Shown here: piece after piece, positions 19,060-29,005 of the stretch
Position numbering within the stretch: position 1 is the first letter of the stretch
How the letters are laid out: each line of letters starts with the position of its first letter
Source of the DNA: Dehalococcoidia bacterium
Lineage (GTDB): Bacteria > Chloroflexota > Dehalococcoidia > UBA2979
DNA: 64,000 nucleotides
Direction: 5' to 3'
Assembly (NCBI GenBank): GCA_965262725.1
Contig: OZ253555.1
Location: forward strand, 896,001-960,000
Notes under the pieces: generated by a model
The model's database searches: none
The model's input: only the letters and a program-made list of their open reading frames with translations
What the model was told of the DNA's origin: nothing
Position numbers and translations under genes: made by a program

Positions 19060-19884
19060 CTACGGAGAGTGCAGGTAGCGCGCGCGTGTGGCCTCGACCA
19101 GGCCCTCCGGGGGGCGGCCGCCCCAGAAGCCGCGGCGGCTGTGCCAGACGCCCGAATCGCGGCGCAGCTCGGCGAGGAACTCGGCGCTCTTGAGGGCCGC
19201 CGCCAGGGCATCGACGACCGGCGCGTCCTCGAAGCGGCGCATGCCCTGCTGCCAGAGGATCTCGGCGAGCACCATCTGCCCGGGGATCAGGACGTCGGCG
19301 CCTGAGTCGAGAGCGCGCCGCGCCGCTGCCTCGAACGCCGCGACCAGCGGCTCAGGCTCCTCGAAGCCCCGCGCAACGATCTCGTACTCCGTCTCGATCA
19401 GCGTGGTCGGGGCCGCGCGGGCGCGGAGGCCGTAGCGGTCGATCTGCTCCTCCAGCAGATCGAGCAGGGAGGGGTTGAAGGCGAGCACCGAGAAGCGGTG
19501 GCCCAGCAGGCAGGCGAGATGCATCGCGGACTCGCCGTAGCCGGCCACGGGGATATCGACCAGCGTCCGCATCTGGCGGAGGCCAGGATTCTGCACGATA
19601 CCGATCGCGACGGCGTCGTACCCCTCCGCCTCGGCGCGCCGAGCGTTCGTGATCAGCTGTTCCGTATGGAGGGAGGCGGTGTAGGCGTGGCGCGCGACCT
19701 CGGCCGGCGAGGTGCCGTCGAAGCTCCCGGGCGGCATCCCGTGGATGGACACCTCGGTCGACGGGCGCAGGATCGCGGCGGCGTGGCGGCCCAAGGACGC
19801 CCGGTAGGCCGGAACGGTCTCAAGGTCGAGGAAGCCCTGGTACCAGATGCGCAGCGGCTGCGCGTGGGCGTCAGGATCGTTCAC
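19060..19884 (-). CDS. Asp/Glu/hydantoin racemase family protein (catalytic cysteines absent)
   Basis: RIWYQ, AEAEGYDAVAIG..QNPGL, VDIPVAGYGES and GADVLIPG; GTG 19884 overlaps the upstream stop. Confidence 0.8.
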   Translation of the reverse strand: MNDPDAHAQPLRIWYQGFLDLETVPAYRASLGRHAAAILRPSTEVSIHGMPPGSFDGTSPAEVARHAYTASLHTEQLITNARRAEAEGYDAVAIGIVQNPGLRQMRTLVDIPVAGYGESAMHLACLLGHRFSVLAFNPSLLDLLEEQIDRYGLRARAAPTTLIETEYEIVARGFEEPEPLVAAFEAAARRALDSGADVLIPGQMVLAEILWQQGMRRFEDAPVVDALAAALKSAEFLAELRRDSGVWHSRRGFWGGRPPEGLVEATRARYLHSP

Positions 19885-22397
19885 GGTGCCTCGCTCCAGA
19901 CCACACCCGCGGCGTAGAGCTCGCGCGCCTCCCCCTCGCCCACGCCGAGCTCTGAGAGCAGGGCGAGGGTGTGCTCCCCGGCGAGGGCCGGAGGCCGGCA
20001 CGTCGCCGGCGTGCGCTCGAAGTCGACGAGAGGGCCGTGGCGTAGGACCTTCCCGTGGCGCGGGTGCACGACCGCGCGGACGAGGCGCCCGGCGTGCGCC
20101 TGCGGGTCCGTCTCTAGGAAGTCGGCGACGGTGCCGCGGTCGGCGCGCGCCGCGCCGACGCCCGCGGCGTCGAGCCTGGCCTCCCATTCATCCGCGTCGC
20201 GGCCGGCGAGGATCCCCGCGAGCGCGCGGGCGAGCTCGCGATCGTTCTGTTCGCGCGCCCCGGCGGTGGCGAAGCGCTCGTCCGCCTGGAGGGCCTCACC
20301 GCCGGGCTCGTCGGCCAGCACCTCACGCAGCGCCCCCCACTCGCGCTCCCCGCAGGCGGAGAGCAGGAGCCAGCCCGAGCGGGCCGCGTAGAGGCGCTCC
20401 AGCGCGCCGCAGCCGAGGAGGTCTGAGTCCAGCGGGCGCCTGGGCGGCTTGCCCGCGTAGTCGAGGAAGTCGTCGATCTGCGCGTAGGCCGAGGCCGCGA
20501 GCATGCTCGTCTCGACGAGCTGGCCGCGCCCGCTCCGCTCGCGGGCCCACAGCCCCAGAAGCGTGGCGGCGGCCACGACCGCCGACGTGGTGGGGTCCGG
20601 CGAGGGCTCGTTTGCCGCGTGCAGCCAGCGGGAGATCTCGATCTGCTCCTCGACATCCAGGGCTTCGGCGCCTCCGGGGGGCGGCATCGACGGTCCGGCC
20701 TGGTGAAGCGCGCCGCCGACCGCGGCCCCCGGGATCGGGTGCGCTCCCGGGCGGTTCGCCCCGGGCCCCCGCGAGCCATAGGGAGACGACCAGACGTAGA
20801 CGAGCCGGGGGTTTGTGGCCGCGAGCTCCTCGTAGCCGATTCCGAGCCGCTCCGAGGCCCCCGGTCGGTTGTTGTGGATGAGCACGTCCGAGCGCTCCAC
20901 CAGCGCCGCAAGCAGCTCCCGGCCGCGCGGGTGCTTGAGATCGAGGCAGATGCTCTCCTTCCCGGCGGTGGTCTTCGAGGTGGAGATGCCGCCGCGGAAG
21001 GCGCGGAACGGGTCGCCGCCCGGCGGCTCGACCTTGATCACCCGCGCGCCCATGTCGGCGAGCACGCAGGAGGCGAGAGGCCCCGCGATCACGCTCGCGA
21101 GATCGAGCACCACGAGGCCGTCGAGCGGGCCGCCGCTCCAGCGTCCGGGGGTAGGGACGGAGTCGGGCCTCCGTCGCGCGCGCGCAGGCCCGCGCCACGG
21201 CTCCCGCCCGCCGTCGAGCGCTGCCAGCACCGGGTCGGTGTCCGCCCCCGCGTCCGGGGACGCCTCGCCGACGGAACCGGGCGTCGCATCGAGGCGAGCG
21301 AGCACGCCCGGCTGCCTGAGCGGACCGAGGCCGGGATGCTCGCGCGTCACGACCTGGTCGTTCGCGAGGAGATCGGGATGGTCGAGCGCCTGCTGCGTGG
21401 TCTGGTAGAGCTCGGCCGCGATGTTGCCGTCTGAGATGAACTCCGGCATCCACTCGCCGGAACTCCGCTCGCGCATCCGCGCGAGCATCGCGCGCCGGAG
21501 CTCCTCCCTGGGTCCGGGCGCGATCTGGTTGGGGGGACCGGCGAAGCGGGGCTCGGAGCCAAGCTCGCCGAGGCCCGTCGCCGTCAGGTAGGAACGAAAG
21601 AGCCGCTCAACGAGGTTGCCGAGCTGCATCCAGCGCCCGTCGGCGGTCTGCACCGGCTGGTAGTGCAGCTGCGGCAGCGGGTCGGTCTCTCCCAGGGGCG
21701 TGCCGGGCCCGTAGGTGGCGGGATTCCGGCGCGCCAGCTGGCGCAGCAGTAGCCCGTGGATGTCGTAGAAGAGGATGCCCTGCACGAGGCTCGTCTCCAC
21801 GAGCTGGCCTCGGCCGGAGCGCTCGCGCTCGATCAGGGCCGCGAGGATGCCCGCCACGGCACCTTGCGCCGCGGCGTGGCGGCCGACCGGCACGGCGGCG
21901 TAGGTCGGTCCGTCGCGCCGGGCGATGCCTGAGAGCGTCTGCATGCGGCCCGAGCGGGCTGCGACGACGCTCTCGCGCCCGCGCCGGCGGGCGAGCGGGC
22001 CTGTGGGACCGAATCCCGTGATCTCGCAATAGACGAGCCCGGGGTTCGCCTCTGCGAGCGCGGCGTAGTCGCAGCCGAGCGTTGCGGCTCGGCCGGGCGG
22101 AGCCGCCGTGACCGCGACGTCCGCCCTCGCCGCGAGCGCCCGGAGTCTCGCCCGCCCGGAGTCCCCCTCCAGGTCGAGCGTGACCGACCGCTTGCCGCGC
22201 ATCCACACTGCCGAGGCGGGCGCGCGGCGCCAGGGGTCGCCGCCCGGCCTCTCCACGGCGATCACGTCGGCGCCGAAATCGGCGAGCACCATCGTCGCGA
22301 CGCCCGAGACCGGGCCGCTCCCGAGATCGAGCACGCGCAGGCCCGTGCAGGGGGCCGCCGTGCCGTCCGTCGCTCTCTCGCCGCGTCGTGCGCTCAC
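19881..22397 (-). CDS. Family III CoA-transferase, fused two-domain form
   Basis: LADFGADVIAVE and LADMGARVIKVEPPGGD modules; two GRGQLVETS motifs. Confidence 0.9.
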   Translation of the reverse strand: MSARRGERATDGTAAPCTGLRVLDLGSGPVSGVATMVLADFGADVIAVERPGGDPWRRAPASAVWMRGKRSVTLDLEGDSGRARLRALAARADVAVTAAPPGRAATLGCDYAALAEANPGLVYCEITGFGPTGPLARRRGRESVVAARSGRMQTLSGIARRDGPTYAAVPVGRHAAAQGAVAGILAALIERERSGRGQLVETSLVQGILFYDIHGLLLRQLARRNPATYGPGTPLGETDPLPQLHYQPVQTADGRWMQLGNLVERLFRSYLTATGLGELGSEPRFAGPPNQIAPGPREELRRAMLARMRERSSGEWMPEFISDGNIAAELYQTTQQALDHPDLLANDQVVTREHPGLGPLRQPGVLARLDATPGSVGEASPDAGADTDPVLAALDGGREPWRGPARARRRPDSVPTPGRWSGGPLDGLVVLDLASVIAGPLASCVLADMGARVIKVEPPGGDPFRAFRGGISTSKTTAGKESICLDLKHPRGRELLAALVERSDVLIHNNRPGASERLGIGYEELAATNPRLVYVWSSPYGSRGPGANRPGAHPIPGAAVGGALHQAGPSMPPPGGAEALDVEEQIEISRWLHAANEPSPDPTTSAVVAAATLLGLWARERSGRGQLVETSMLAASAYAQIDDFLDYAGKPPRRPLDSDLLGCGALERLYAARSGWLLLSACGEREWGALREVLADEPGGEALQADERFATAGAREQNDRELARALAGILAGRDADEWEARLDAAGVGAARADRGTVADFLETDPQAHAGRLVRAVVHPRHGKVLRHGPLVDFERTPATCRPPALAGEHTLALLSELGVGEGEARELYAAGVVWSEAP

Positions 22398-22425
22398 TCG
22401 TGCTCCGGTCCTCGTTGCCCGCGTG

Positions 22426-23520
22426 CTAGTCGAACGTGAGTACCGTGCGCGTTCGCTCGCCGGCCTCCATCGCGGTGAACGCCTCGTTCACCCCTTCGAG
22501 CGGGGCACGGTGGCTGATCAACTCGTCGAGGAGCAGCCGCCCCTGGCGGTAGAGAGCGAGGTACTTCGGGATGTCGAAGCGGAAGCGATTGGATCCCATC
22601 GAGCTCCCCATGAGGCGGCGGTCGGCGAGCAGGTGGCGCCCGGAGATCGAGATGTCCACGCCGTCCGGGATGATGCCGATGAGCACGGCGGTGCCGCCCG
22701 GGCGGGTCGCGGTGAACGCCTGCTCCGTCGTGCGCGCCAGGCCGATCGCCTCGAAGGTGTAGTCGACGCCGCGGCGCGCCAGTGATCGGATCGCTTCCAC
22801 GGGATCGTCGCGGGAGGCGTTCACGAGCTGCGTGGCGCCGAAGCGGCGCGCGACCTCGAGCTTGTCGTCCCGGAGGTCCACGGCGATGATCTCGCGCGCC
22901 CCCGCGAGCCGCGCGCCCTGGATCGCGGAGAGGCCCACGCCCCCCAGGCCCCAGACCGCGGCGGTGGAGCCCGGCTCCAGGCGCGCCGTGTTGAAGACCG
23001 CTCCGACGCCGGTGGTCACGCAGCAGCCGACGAGCGCCGCCTGCGCCATGGGCGTGTCGTCGGGGACAGCGACGATGGTGTTCTCGTGCACCAGCATCAG
23101 CTCGGCGAAGCCCGAGATGCGGGCGAACTGGTGGACGATATCGCCCTCCTGCGAGAGCCGGGGCGGTGCGCCGTCCGGTCGGTCGTCGAGATCGCGCGTC
23201 TCGCAGAGGTTGGGCCGGCCGGAGAGGCAGCGCTCGCACTCGCCGCAGAAGGTGGAGAGGCAGCAGACGACGTGGTCGCCGGGGCGAACGTGTGTCACGT
23301 CGGGACCCACCGCCTCGACGATTCCGGCGGACTCGTGTCCCGGGATCGTCGGGAGCGGGCGCCCCATGTGGCCCTTGAGCATGTGCAGGTCGGAGCCGCA
23401 GACGCCGGTGGCGACGGTCCGAACCAGCACCTCCCGCCCGATGGGCGTCGCGACGGTGACCTCCTCGATGGCGAGGGACTGGTCGACCCCGTGCTGCACG
23501 GCGGCGCGCGCGACTGGCAT
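22426..23520 (-). CDS. Zn-dependent alcohol dehydrogenase (class III-like MDR)
   Basis: GVCGSDLH, GHESAG, CGECERCLSGRPNLC, GCCVTTG and GLGGVG. Confidence 0.93.
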   Translation of the reverse strand: MPVARAAVQHGVDQSLAIEEVTVATPIGREVLVRTVATGVCGSDLHMLKGHMGRPLPTIPGHESAGIVEAVGPDVTHVRPGDHVVCCLSTFCGECERCLSGRPNLCETRDLDDRPDGAPPRLSQEGDIVHQFARISGFAELMLVHENTIVAVPDDTPMAQAALVGCCVTTGVGAVFNTARLEPGSTAAVWGLGGVGLSAIQGARLAGAREIIAVDLRDDKLEVARRFGATQLVNASRDDPVEAIRSLARRGVDYTFEAIGLARTTEQAFTATRPGGTAVLIGIIPDGVDISISGRHLLADRRLMGSSMGSNRFRFDIPKYLALYRQGRLLLDELISHRAPLEGVNEAFTAMEAGERTRTVLTFD

Positions 23521-23557
23521 GCTGCTCTCCCTTCCAGTGGCCCCATCGGGCCTGGTG

Positions 23558-24262
23558 CTAGCCGCCAAGCGCCCCCGCGAGGAAGGCGCCCGCGCGATCG
23601 GCGAGACGGCGTTCTGAGCCGAGCCAGAAGTGATCGACGCCGGGCGCGATGAGCGTCTGCGTCGCCGCCCCCCGCTCGGCGCGCTCGGCCGCAAGGGCGG
23701 AGAGCGCCTCGGCCGAGCAGAAGCGGTCATGTTCCCCGGAGGCGAGCAGGAGCGGCCGCGCGTAGCCGACGAGGGCGGCCCGGACCTCGGCGGGGGGAGG
23801 GATCGGCGCCGCGATCAGAGCGAGGGCCCAGGGTCCCGTCTCGCCGTCGGCAGAGGCGTCGGCGACGACCCCGGCCGCGACGCCACCCCCGAAGGAGTAT
23901 CCGGCGAGCGCGATGCGCGCCGCGTCTAGCTCCGGCTGCGCGGCGGCCGCCGCGAGCGCCGCGCGCGCGTCGTCCCGCTCGCCGTGCCCCTGGTCGTGTG
24001 ATCCCTCGCTGGTACCGACGCCCCGAAAGTCGAAGCACAACGCGGCGAACCCGACCGAGAGCGCCCCGTCGGCGAGTGCCCGCACGACGTTGTTGTCGCG
24101 GTTGCCGCCGTAGAGCGGGTGCGGGTGGCAGATCACGACGCAGGCCGTCGGACCGGCGCCCCCGGCCGGGAGCTCGAGCACCGCGTCAAGCGCGGGTCCC
24201 GCCCCCAGCGGCGGAATCGTCAGAGGGCGCCGGGTAGGGGCGCCCGGGGCGGGGCCCGCCAC
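23558..24262 (-). CDS. Alpha/beta hydrolase (COG2945-like)
   Basis: CHPHPLYGGNRDNNVV, FDFRGVG, GYSFGG, GEHD and DHFW; start approximate. Confidence 0.85.
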   Translation of the reverse strand: MAGPAPGAPTRRPLTIPPLGAGPALDAVLELPAGGAGPTACVVICHPHPLYGGNRDNNVVRALADGALSVGFAALCFDFRGVGTSEGSHDQGHGERDDARAALAAAAAQPELDAARIALAGYSFGGGVAAGVVADASADGETGPWALALIAAPIPPPAEVRAALVGYARPLLLASGEHDRFCSAEALSALAAERAERGAATQTLIAPGVDHFWLGSERRLADRAGAFLAGALGG

Positions 24263-24264
24263 CC

Positions 24265-25230
24265 CTAGCCCTCGGCCGCAACGCGCTCGCGGAGGATCGG
24301 CCACACTGTCTCGGCGAACGTCTCGATCTGCTCCGCCTGCGCCTCCATCTCCCAGAAGCTCGTGATGAGCTCGCGCACGCCGGCATCCAGCAGCGGCTGG
24401 ATGCGGTCGGCGATCTGCTCCGGGGAGCCGGCCCAGATGCGATCGCGCAGGTAGGGCTGGCCGGCACGCGCCGCGCAGACGGTCTCGAGCCGCTCGCGCG
24501 CGCCGCTCTCGCTGCGGTCGACGATCACGGGGATGGAGACGATGTGGCGCAGTGTGGCGGGGTCGCGCCCCACCTCCGCGCAGGCCTCTGCCATTTGCTC
24601 GCGCAGCGCCAGGTACTCCTCGGGGCCACCGGCGATGTTCCACGCGTCGGCGCGGCGCGCGATCACGCGCAGCATCCGCGGGCCCTGACCGCCGATCATG
24701 ATCGTCGGCGTGGGCGTCTGCTCGGGCTTCGGGACGTTGAGCGCCCCGTCGATCCGGTAGAACCGCCCCTCGAAGCTGGGGCGGTGCTCCGTCCACATCA
24801 ACCGCACGATCGCGGCCGCCTCGTCGAGCATCTGGACGCGGTGGCCGGCGCGGGGGAAGTCGTAGCCATACTCGCGGAACTCGGCCTCCTTGTGTCCGGC
24901 GCCCAGGCCGAGGATCAGCCTCCCGCCGGAGAGGTGGTCGAGCGTCGCGCCCATCTTGGCGAGCAGCGCGGGGTTACGGAACGGCGTGCACAGCACGAGG
25001 CTCCCGACCTTGATGCGCTCCGTCTGCGCCGCGAGGGCGGTCATGACGGTCCAGACCTCGTGGCACTCCTCCTGCCCGGTCGTGTCGGCCAGGGAGACGT
25101 GATCGCGCACCCACACCGCCTCGTAGCCGAGACGCTCGGCTACCTCGGTCGCCTCCCGGAGATCGCCGTAGGTGGGAACGCCTGGGTCGAGGCGCGTTCC
25201 GATCCGAAGCTCCGCGTCTGTCATCGACAT
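24265..25230 (-). CDS. LLM class (probably F420-dependent) oxidoreductase
   Basis: VWVRDH, FRNPALLAKMGATLDHLSGGRLILGLGAG and PTIMIGGQG. Confidence 0.92.
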   Translation of the reverse strand: MSMTDAELRIGTRLDPGVPTYGDLREATEVAERLGYEAVWVRDHVSLADTTGQEECHEVWTVMTALAAQTERIKVGSLVLCTPFRNPALLAKMGATLDHLSGGRLILGLGAGHKEAEFREYGYDFPRAGHRVQMLDEAAAIVRLMWTEHRPSFEGRFYRIDGALNVPKPEQTPTPTIMIGGQGPRMLRVIARRADAWNIAGGPEEYLALREQMAEACAEVGRDPATLRHIVSIPVIVDRSESGARERLETVCAARAGQPYLRDRIWAGSPEQIADRIQPLLDAGVRELITSFWEMEAQAEQIETFAETVWPILRERVAAEG

Positions 25231-25302
25231 CCTCCTCGTGGGCCCGCGTGCGCGCGGCCGGTGCTAGGCTTCGGCCGAGCATATCGCGAAGGGAGTGCAC
25301 CG

Positions 25303-26106
25303 GTGACCGAGACGACGGCCCTCTCGTGGCCGCACAACAAGATCCTCTACACGAAGGACGGCCGCGTGGCGGTGGTGACCAAGAACCGCCCCGAGAAGGT
25401 CAACGCGATGGACGAGGAGATGGAGGCCGCCTACGACGAGGCGCTGGCGGATGCGGAGTCCGATCCCGAGATCCGGGTCATCGTCGTGACCGGAACCGGT
25501 CGCGGGTGGCACCCCGGCGCGAACCCGCAGTCGTTCGTCGAGGGGAAGAAGAACATGCCGCCGTGGTGGAGGCCGCACGGCGAGCTGGCGGTCTCCCCTC
25601 TGAGGCGATCCGACAAGATCACGATCGGCGCGATCAACGGGCACGCCTACGGCGCCGGCTTCGGCGAGGCGCTGTGGTGCGATCTGCGCGTGATGGCGGA
25701 GTCGGCGAACTTCGGGCCGAGCTGGGCGCGCTTCGGAGCGCCGCTTGAGAATGGCACGTCGGTGAACCTCACCAACCTGGTGGGGCCGGCGAAGGCGCTC
25801 GAGCTCTACTTGCTGCGCGAGCCGATCCCGGCGCCGAAGGCGCTCGACCTGGGCCTGGTGAACTACGTCGTGCCGGACGACCAGCTCATGCCCTTCAGCA
25901 TGGATCTCGCTCGGCGGGTGGCGAAGAACGCTCCGTACTCAAGCGCGCTCTCCAAGTACATGGTCTACAAGCACGCGACGCCAGACATCGAGACGCATCT
26001 GGAGTTCTACCGCTTCGCCGAGGAGACGACCGGTCGCTCCGTCGACTCGAAGGAGGGCGGGGCCGCCTTCCGCGAGCGGCGCGAGCCCGATTTCCGCGGC
26101 GAGTAG
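25303..26106 (+). CDS. Enoyl-CoA hydratase/isomerase family protein
   Basis: NRPEKVNAM, IGAINGHAYGAG, ALWCDLR and AFRERREPDF. Confidence 0.88.
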   Translation: MTETTALSWPHNKILYTKDGRVAVVTKNRPEKVNAMDEEMEAAYDEALADAESDPEIRVIVVTGTGRGWHPGANPQSFVEGKKNMPPWWRPHGELAVSPLRRSDKITIGAINGHAYGAGFGEALWCDLRVMAESANFGPSWARFGAPLENGTSVNLTNLVGPAKALELYLLREPIPAPKALDLGLVNYVVPDDQLMPFSMDLARRVAKNAPYSSALSKYMVYKHATPDIETHLEFYRFAEETTGRSVDSKEGGAAFRERREPDFRGE

Positions 26107-26137
26107 GGGCGCAGGCGCAGCGGGGGCGCCCGCGGCG

Positions 26138-26608
26138 ATGAGAACCGACACCCGGTCGGCACCCGCGCTCGAGATCGCGGTGGTGGGGTCGCCCGAGGAA
26201 CTCGCCGAGTCGCTCGCCCTGCGCCGCGCGGTCTTCGTGGAGGAGCAGGGCGTCACGCTCGCCCTGGAGGTGGACAGGATGGACGGCGATCCCCGCCGCG
26301 CGGCGGGCGTCATCCATCTTCTCGGCTGGCTCGGAGGCGACGCGGTCTGCACCGGGCGCCTGGAGTTTCAGAGCAGCCCGGCCCACATCACGCGCGTCGC
26401 CGTCCGGCGCGACCAGCGGGGGCGCGGGTTCGGCGCACGGCTGATGGAGGCGCTCCACCAGGAGGCGCGCCGGCGCGGGATCCGGCGCGTCGCCCTCAAC
26501 GCGCAGCTCCATGCCCTCGGTTTCTACGAGCGGCTCGGCTACCGGGCGCACGGACCAGTCTTCCTCGACGCGGGGATCGAGCACCGGGCGATGGATCGCA
26601 GCCTGTAG
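26138..26608 (+). CDS. GNAT N-acetyltransferase (ElaA/YjcF-like)
   Basis: LRRAVFVEEQGV, RGRGFG, LNAQ..A.GFYERLGY and FLDAGIEH. Confidence 0.92.
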   Translation: MRTDTRSAPALEIAVVGSPEELAESLALRRAVFVEEQGVTLALEVDRMDGDPRRAAGVIHLLGWLGGDAVCTGRLEFQSSPAHITRVAVRRDQRGRGFGARLMEALHQEARRRGIRRVALNAQLHALGFYERLGYRAHGPVFLDAGIEHRAMDRSL

Positions 26609-26658
26609 CGACCCGGCGGCGCGGCTTGCCGGGGGCACCGACGGATGAGGGGGGACGG

Positions 26659-27705
26659 ATGAACCGGCACGGGATCTCGCTCGCCTATTCGGAGCTCGAG
26701 GAGAAGCCGGCGCTCGCGCGCCGTGCGGAGGAGGCGGGCTTCGACATCGTCTGGAATTCCGGTGAGAGCATCCCGCTCTTCGGGACGATCGCGGGCGTGA
26801 CTACCCGGGCCCGCTTCGGCTCGGGCGTGATCCGCGTCTTCGCGCACGAGGCGAGGGAGCTGGCGCAGGCGGCCATCGACCTGCAGCGGCTCTCCGGCAA
26901 CCGCTTCGTGATGGGGCTCGGGGGCGGCACGAAGAGAATGAACATCAACCAGCTCGGAAAGGAATTCGACCGCCCCGCGACGCGCATCCGCGAGCTCATC
27001 CGGGCGCTGCGCCTCGCATGGTCGACGCCGGTCGACGAGGCGCTCGAATTCGAGGGCACCTACTACCAGCTCTCCGGACGCGGGCTGCTCGGGGGCGGCG
27101 ACGTTCCCGCCGGGATGGGCCTCGGCGGCGGGTCGGCGCCTCCCGCGCCTCTCGAGACGCCCATCTACCTGGCCGCCGTGAACCGGGCGATGCTGAGGCT
27201 CGCCGGTGAGCGGTGCCAGGGACTCTGCGGCCATCCGATCGCCTCGGTGCGGTTCATGCAGGAGGTGGCGTGGCCCGGCATCGACGAGGGTCTGGCGCGC
27301 TCAGGCCGCACGCGCGAGGACTTCGACCACAATGCGTGGATCGTGACGGCGATCTCCGGCGACCGGGAGCAGGCGAAGCGCGAGGCGAAGTACCACATCG
27401 GCCGCTTCATGGCGACGCGGAGCTACGGGATCGTGCTCGACTCGCAGGGCTACTCCGACGTGCGCGGCCGCATCCAGGAGGCCTTCTTTGGTCGGCAGGG
27501 GGATCCAGGGGCGCTCATCGACGCCGTGCCGGACGAGGTCGCGCGCGACCACGCGATCTTCGGGACGCCCGACGAGGTGCGCGAGCAGTCCGAGCGCTAC
27601 GAGGGCGTGGTGGGGACGTCGACCTTCTACTGCGCCTCGGCGCTGATGTCGCGGGAACGGATCCGCGAGAACATCGGGCTGATGATCGAGACCTTCGGGC
27701 GCTGA
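26659..27705 (+). CDS. LLM class flavin-dependent oxidoreductase
   Basis: LQRLSGNRFVMGLG, PIYLAAVNRAMLRLAGE and IFGTPDEV. Confidence 0.9.
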   Translation: MNRHGISLAYSELEEKPALARRAEEAGFDIVWNSGESIPLFGTIAGVTTRARFGSGVIRVFAHEARELAQAAIDLQRLSGNRFVMGLGGGTKRMNINQLGKEFDRPATRIRELIRALRLAWSTPVDEALEFEGTYYQLSGRGLLGGGDVPAGMGLGGGSAPPAPLETPIYLAAVNRAMLRLAGERCQGLCGHPIASVRFMQEVAWPGIDEGLARSGRTREDFDHNAWIVTAISGDREQAKREAKYHIGRFMATRSYGIVLDSQGYSDVRGRIQEAFFGRQGDPGALIDAVPDEVARDHAIFGTPDEVREQSERYEGVVGTSTFYCASALMSRERIRENIGLMIETFGR

Positions 27706-27712
27706 CGGGACG

Positions 27713-28981
27713 CTACGCGCTCGCCTCGCCGTAGCTCTCGCCGATCACGCCGCCCGCTCGCAGCTTCGTGATCTCGGGGCGAGCGTAGCCGAGTTCTGAG
27801 AGGAGCTCCTCGTTGTGCTCGCCGACGAGGCCGGCGGGTCGCTCCCACGAGGGGGCATCGGGCGCCACCCGCGCGAGGAAGCCCGACATCAGCCGCTCGC
27901 CCAGGTAGCGGTGCACGACCGGGACGAACCAGGAGCGCGCCTGCAGCTGCGGCGAGGCGAGCATCGCCGAGGGCTCGAGCACGGGGGCGGCTATCGCGCC
28001 CGCCTGCTGCACGGCGTCGGCCACCTCCCATCGATCGCGGACGCCCACCCACGCGGCGAGCACCGCGTCGATCTGCGCACGCCCGCCGAGCCGGCCCGCG
28101 ACGCCCGCCCACGGGTGGCCGTCCTGGGCCCACTCCGGGTGCCCGAGCAGCGAGGCGATCCCCGCCCACTGCGCGTCGGTCTCCGCCGCGACCGCGACCC
28201 AGTGGCCGGAGCCGCTCCGGCCGTCGCCTGCGGCGCGGTAGCAGCCGTGCGGCACGATGTACGGGTCGGAGTTGCCCAGGGGCCTGGGGGTGCGGCCGGC
28301 GAGGACCTGCTCGCCGAGGAGACCCGCGAGGTACCACGAGAAGGCCTCGGCGTGTGAGAGATCGATGAACGACCCGACGCCCGTCGCTTCGCGGCGGCGC
28401 AGCACACAGATGCTCGCGAAGGCGACGGCGAGCGGGGCGCTCGCGTCCGTGGCGACGGTGCTCGGGATGTCCTCCACGTCGCCGCCGGGCCGGCCGCGGA
28501 GGCGGAGGTGGCCCGTTGTTCCCTCCACGCCGGAGCCGAGAGCGACGTAGCCGAAATACGGACCGGCCAGCCCCCACGCCGGCATGGAGATCATCGAGAG
28601 TCGCGGATGGCGCGGGTGCACCGCCTCCCAGCCGAAGCCGAGGCGCTGGATCGTGCCGGCCGCGTAGCCCTCGACGACGACATCGGCCGAATCGAGCAGG
28701 CGGTGGAGCACCTCGGCGCCTGCGGCGTCAACGATGTTGAGCGCGAGGAAGCGCTTGTTGCGGTTGCTCTGCGTCTGCGGCGCGGTTCTCTCATACGGGG
28801 GCCCGGGCCCGTCGGCGACCCGCGCGTCCGGCCGGAGCGGCCGCGTCAGCGAGGTCCGGGGGTAGGACTCCACCTTGATCACGTCGGCGCCGAGGTCGGC
28901 GAGAAGGGTCGCGCCGAGCGGACCCGCGTGCACCTCCGCGAGGTCGATCACCCGCACGCCCGCCAGCGCCCGCCCTGCCAT
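27713..28981 (-). CDS. Family III CoA-transferase (catalytic Asp present)
   Basis: LADLGADVIKVES, NRNKR and VATDASAP. Confidence 0.9.
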   Translation of the reverse strand: MAGRALAGVRVIDLAEVHAGPLGATLLADLGADVIKVESYPRTSLTRPLRPDARVADGPGPPYERTAPQTQSNRNKRFLALNIVDAAGAEVLHRLLDSADVVVEGYAAGTIQRLGFGWEAVHPRHPRLSMISMPAWGLAGPYFGYVALGSGVEGTTGHLRLRGRPGGDVEDIPSTVATDASAPLAVAFASICVLRRREATGVGSFIDLSHAEAFSWYLAGLLGEQVLAGRTPRPLGNSDPYIVPHGCYRAAGDGRSGSGHWVAVAAETDAQWAGIASLLGHPEWAQDGHPWAGVAGRLGGRAQIDAVLAAWVGVRDRWEVADAVQQAGAIAAPVLEPSAMLASPQLQARSWFVPVVHRYLGERLMSGFLARVAPDAPSWERPAGLVGEHNEELLSELGYARPEITKLRAGGVIGESYGEASA

Positions 28982-29005
28982 GCGCCTCCCGACCGTGCCC
29001 CGGGG

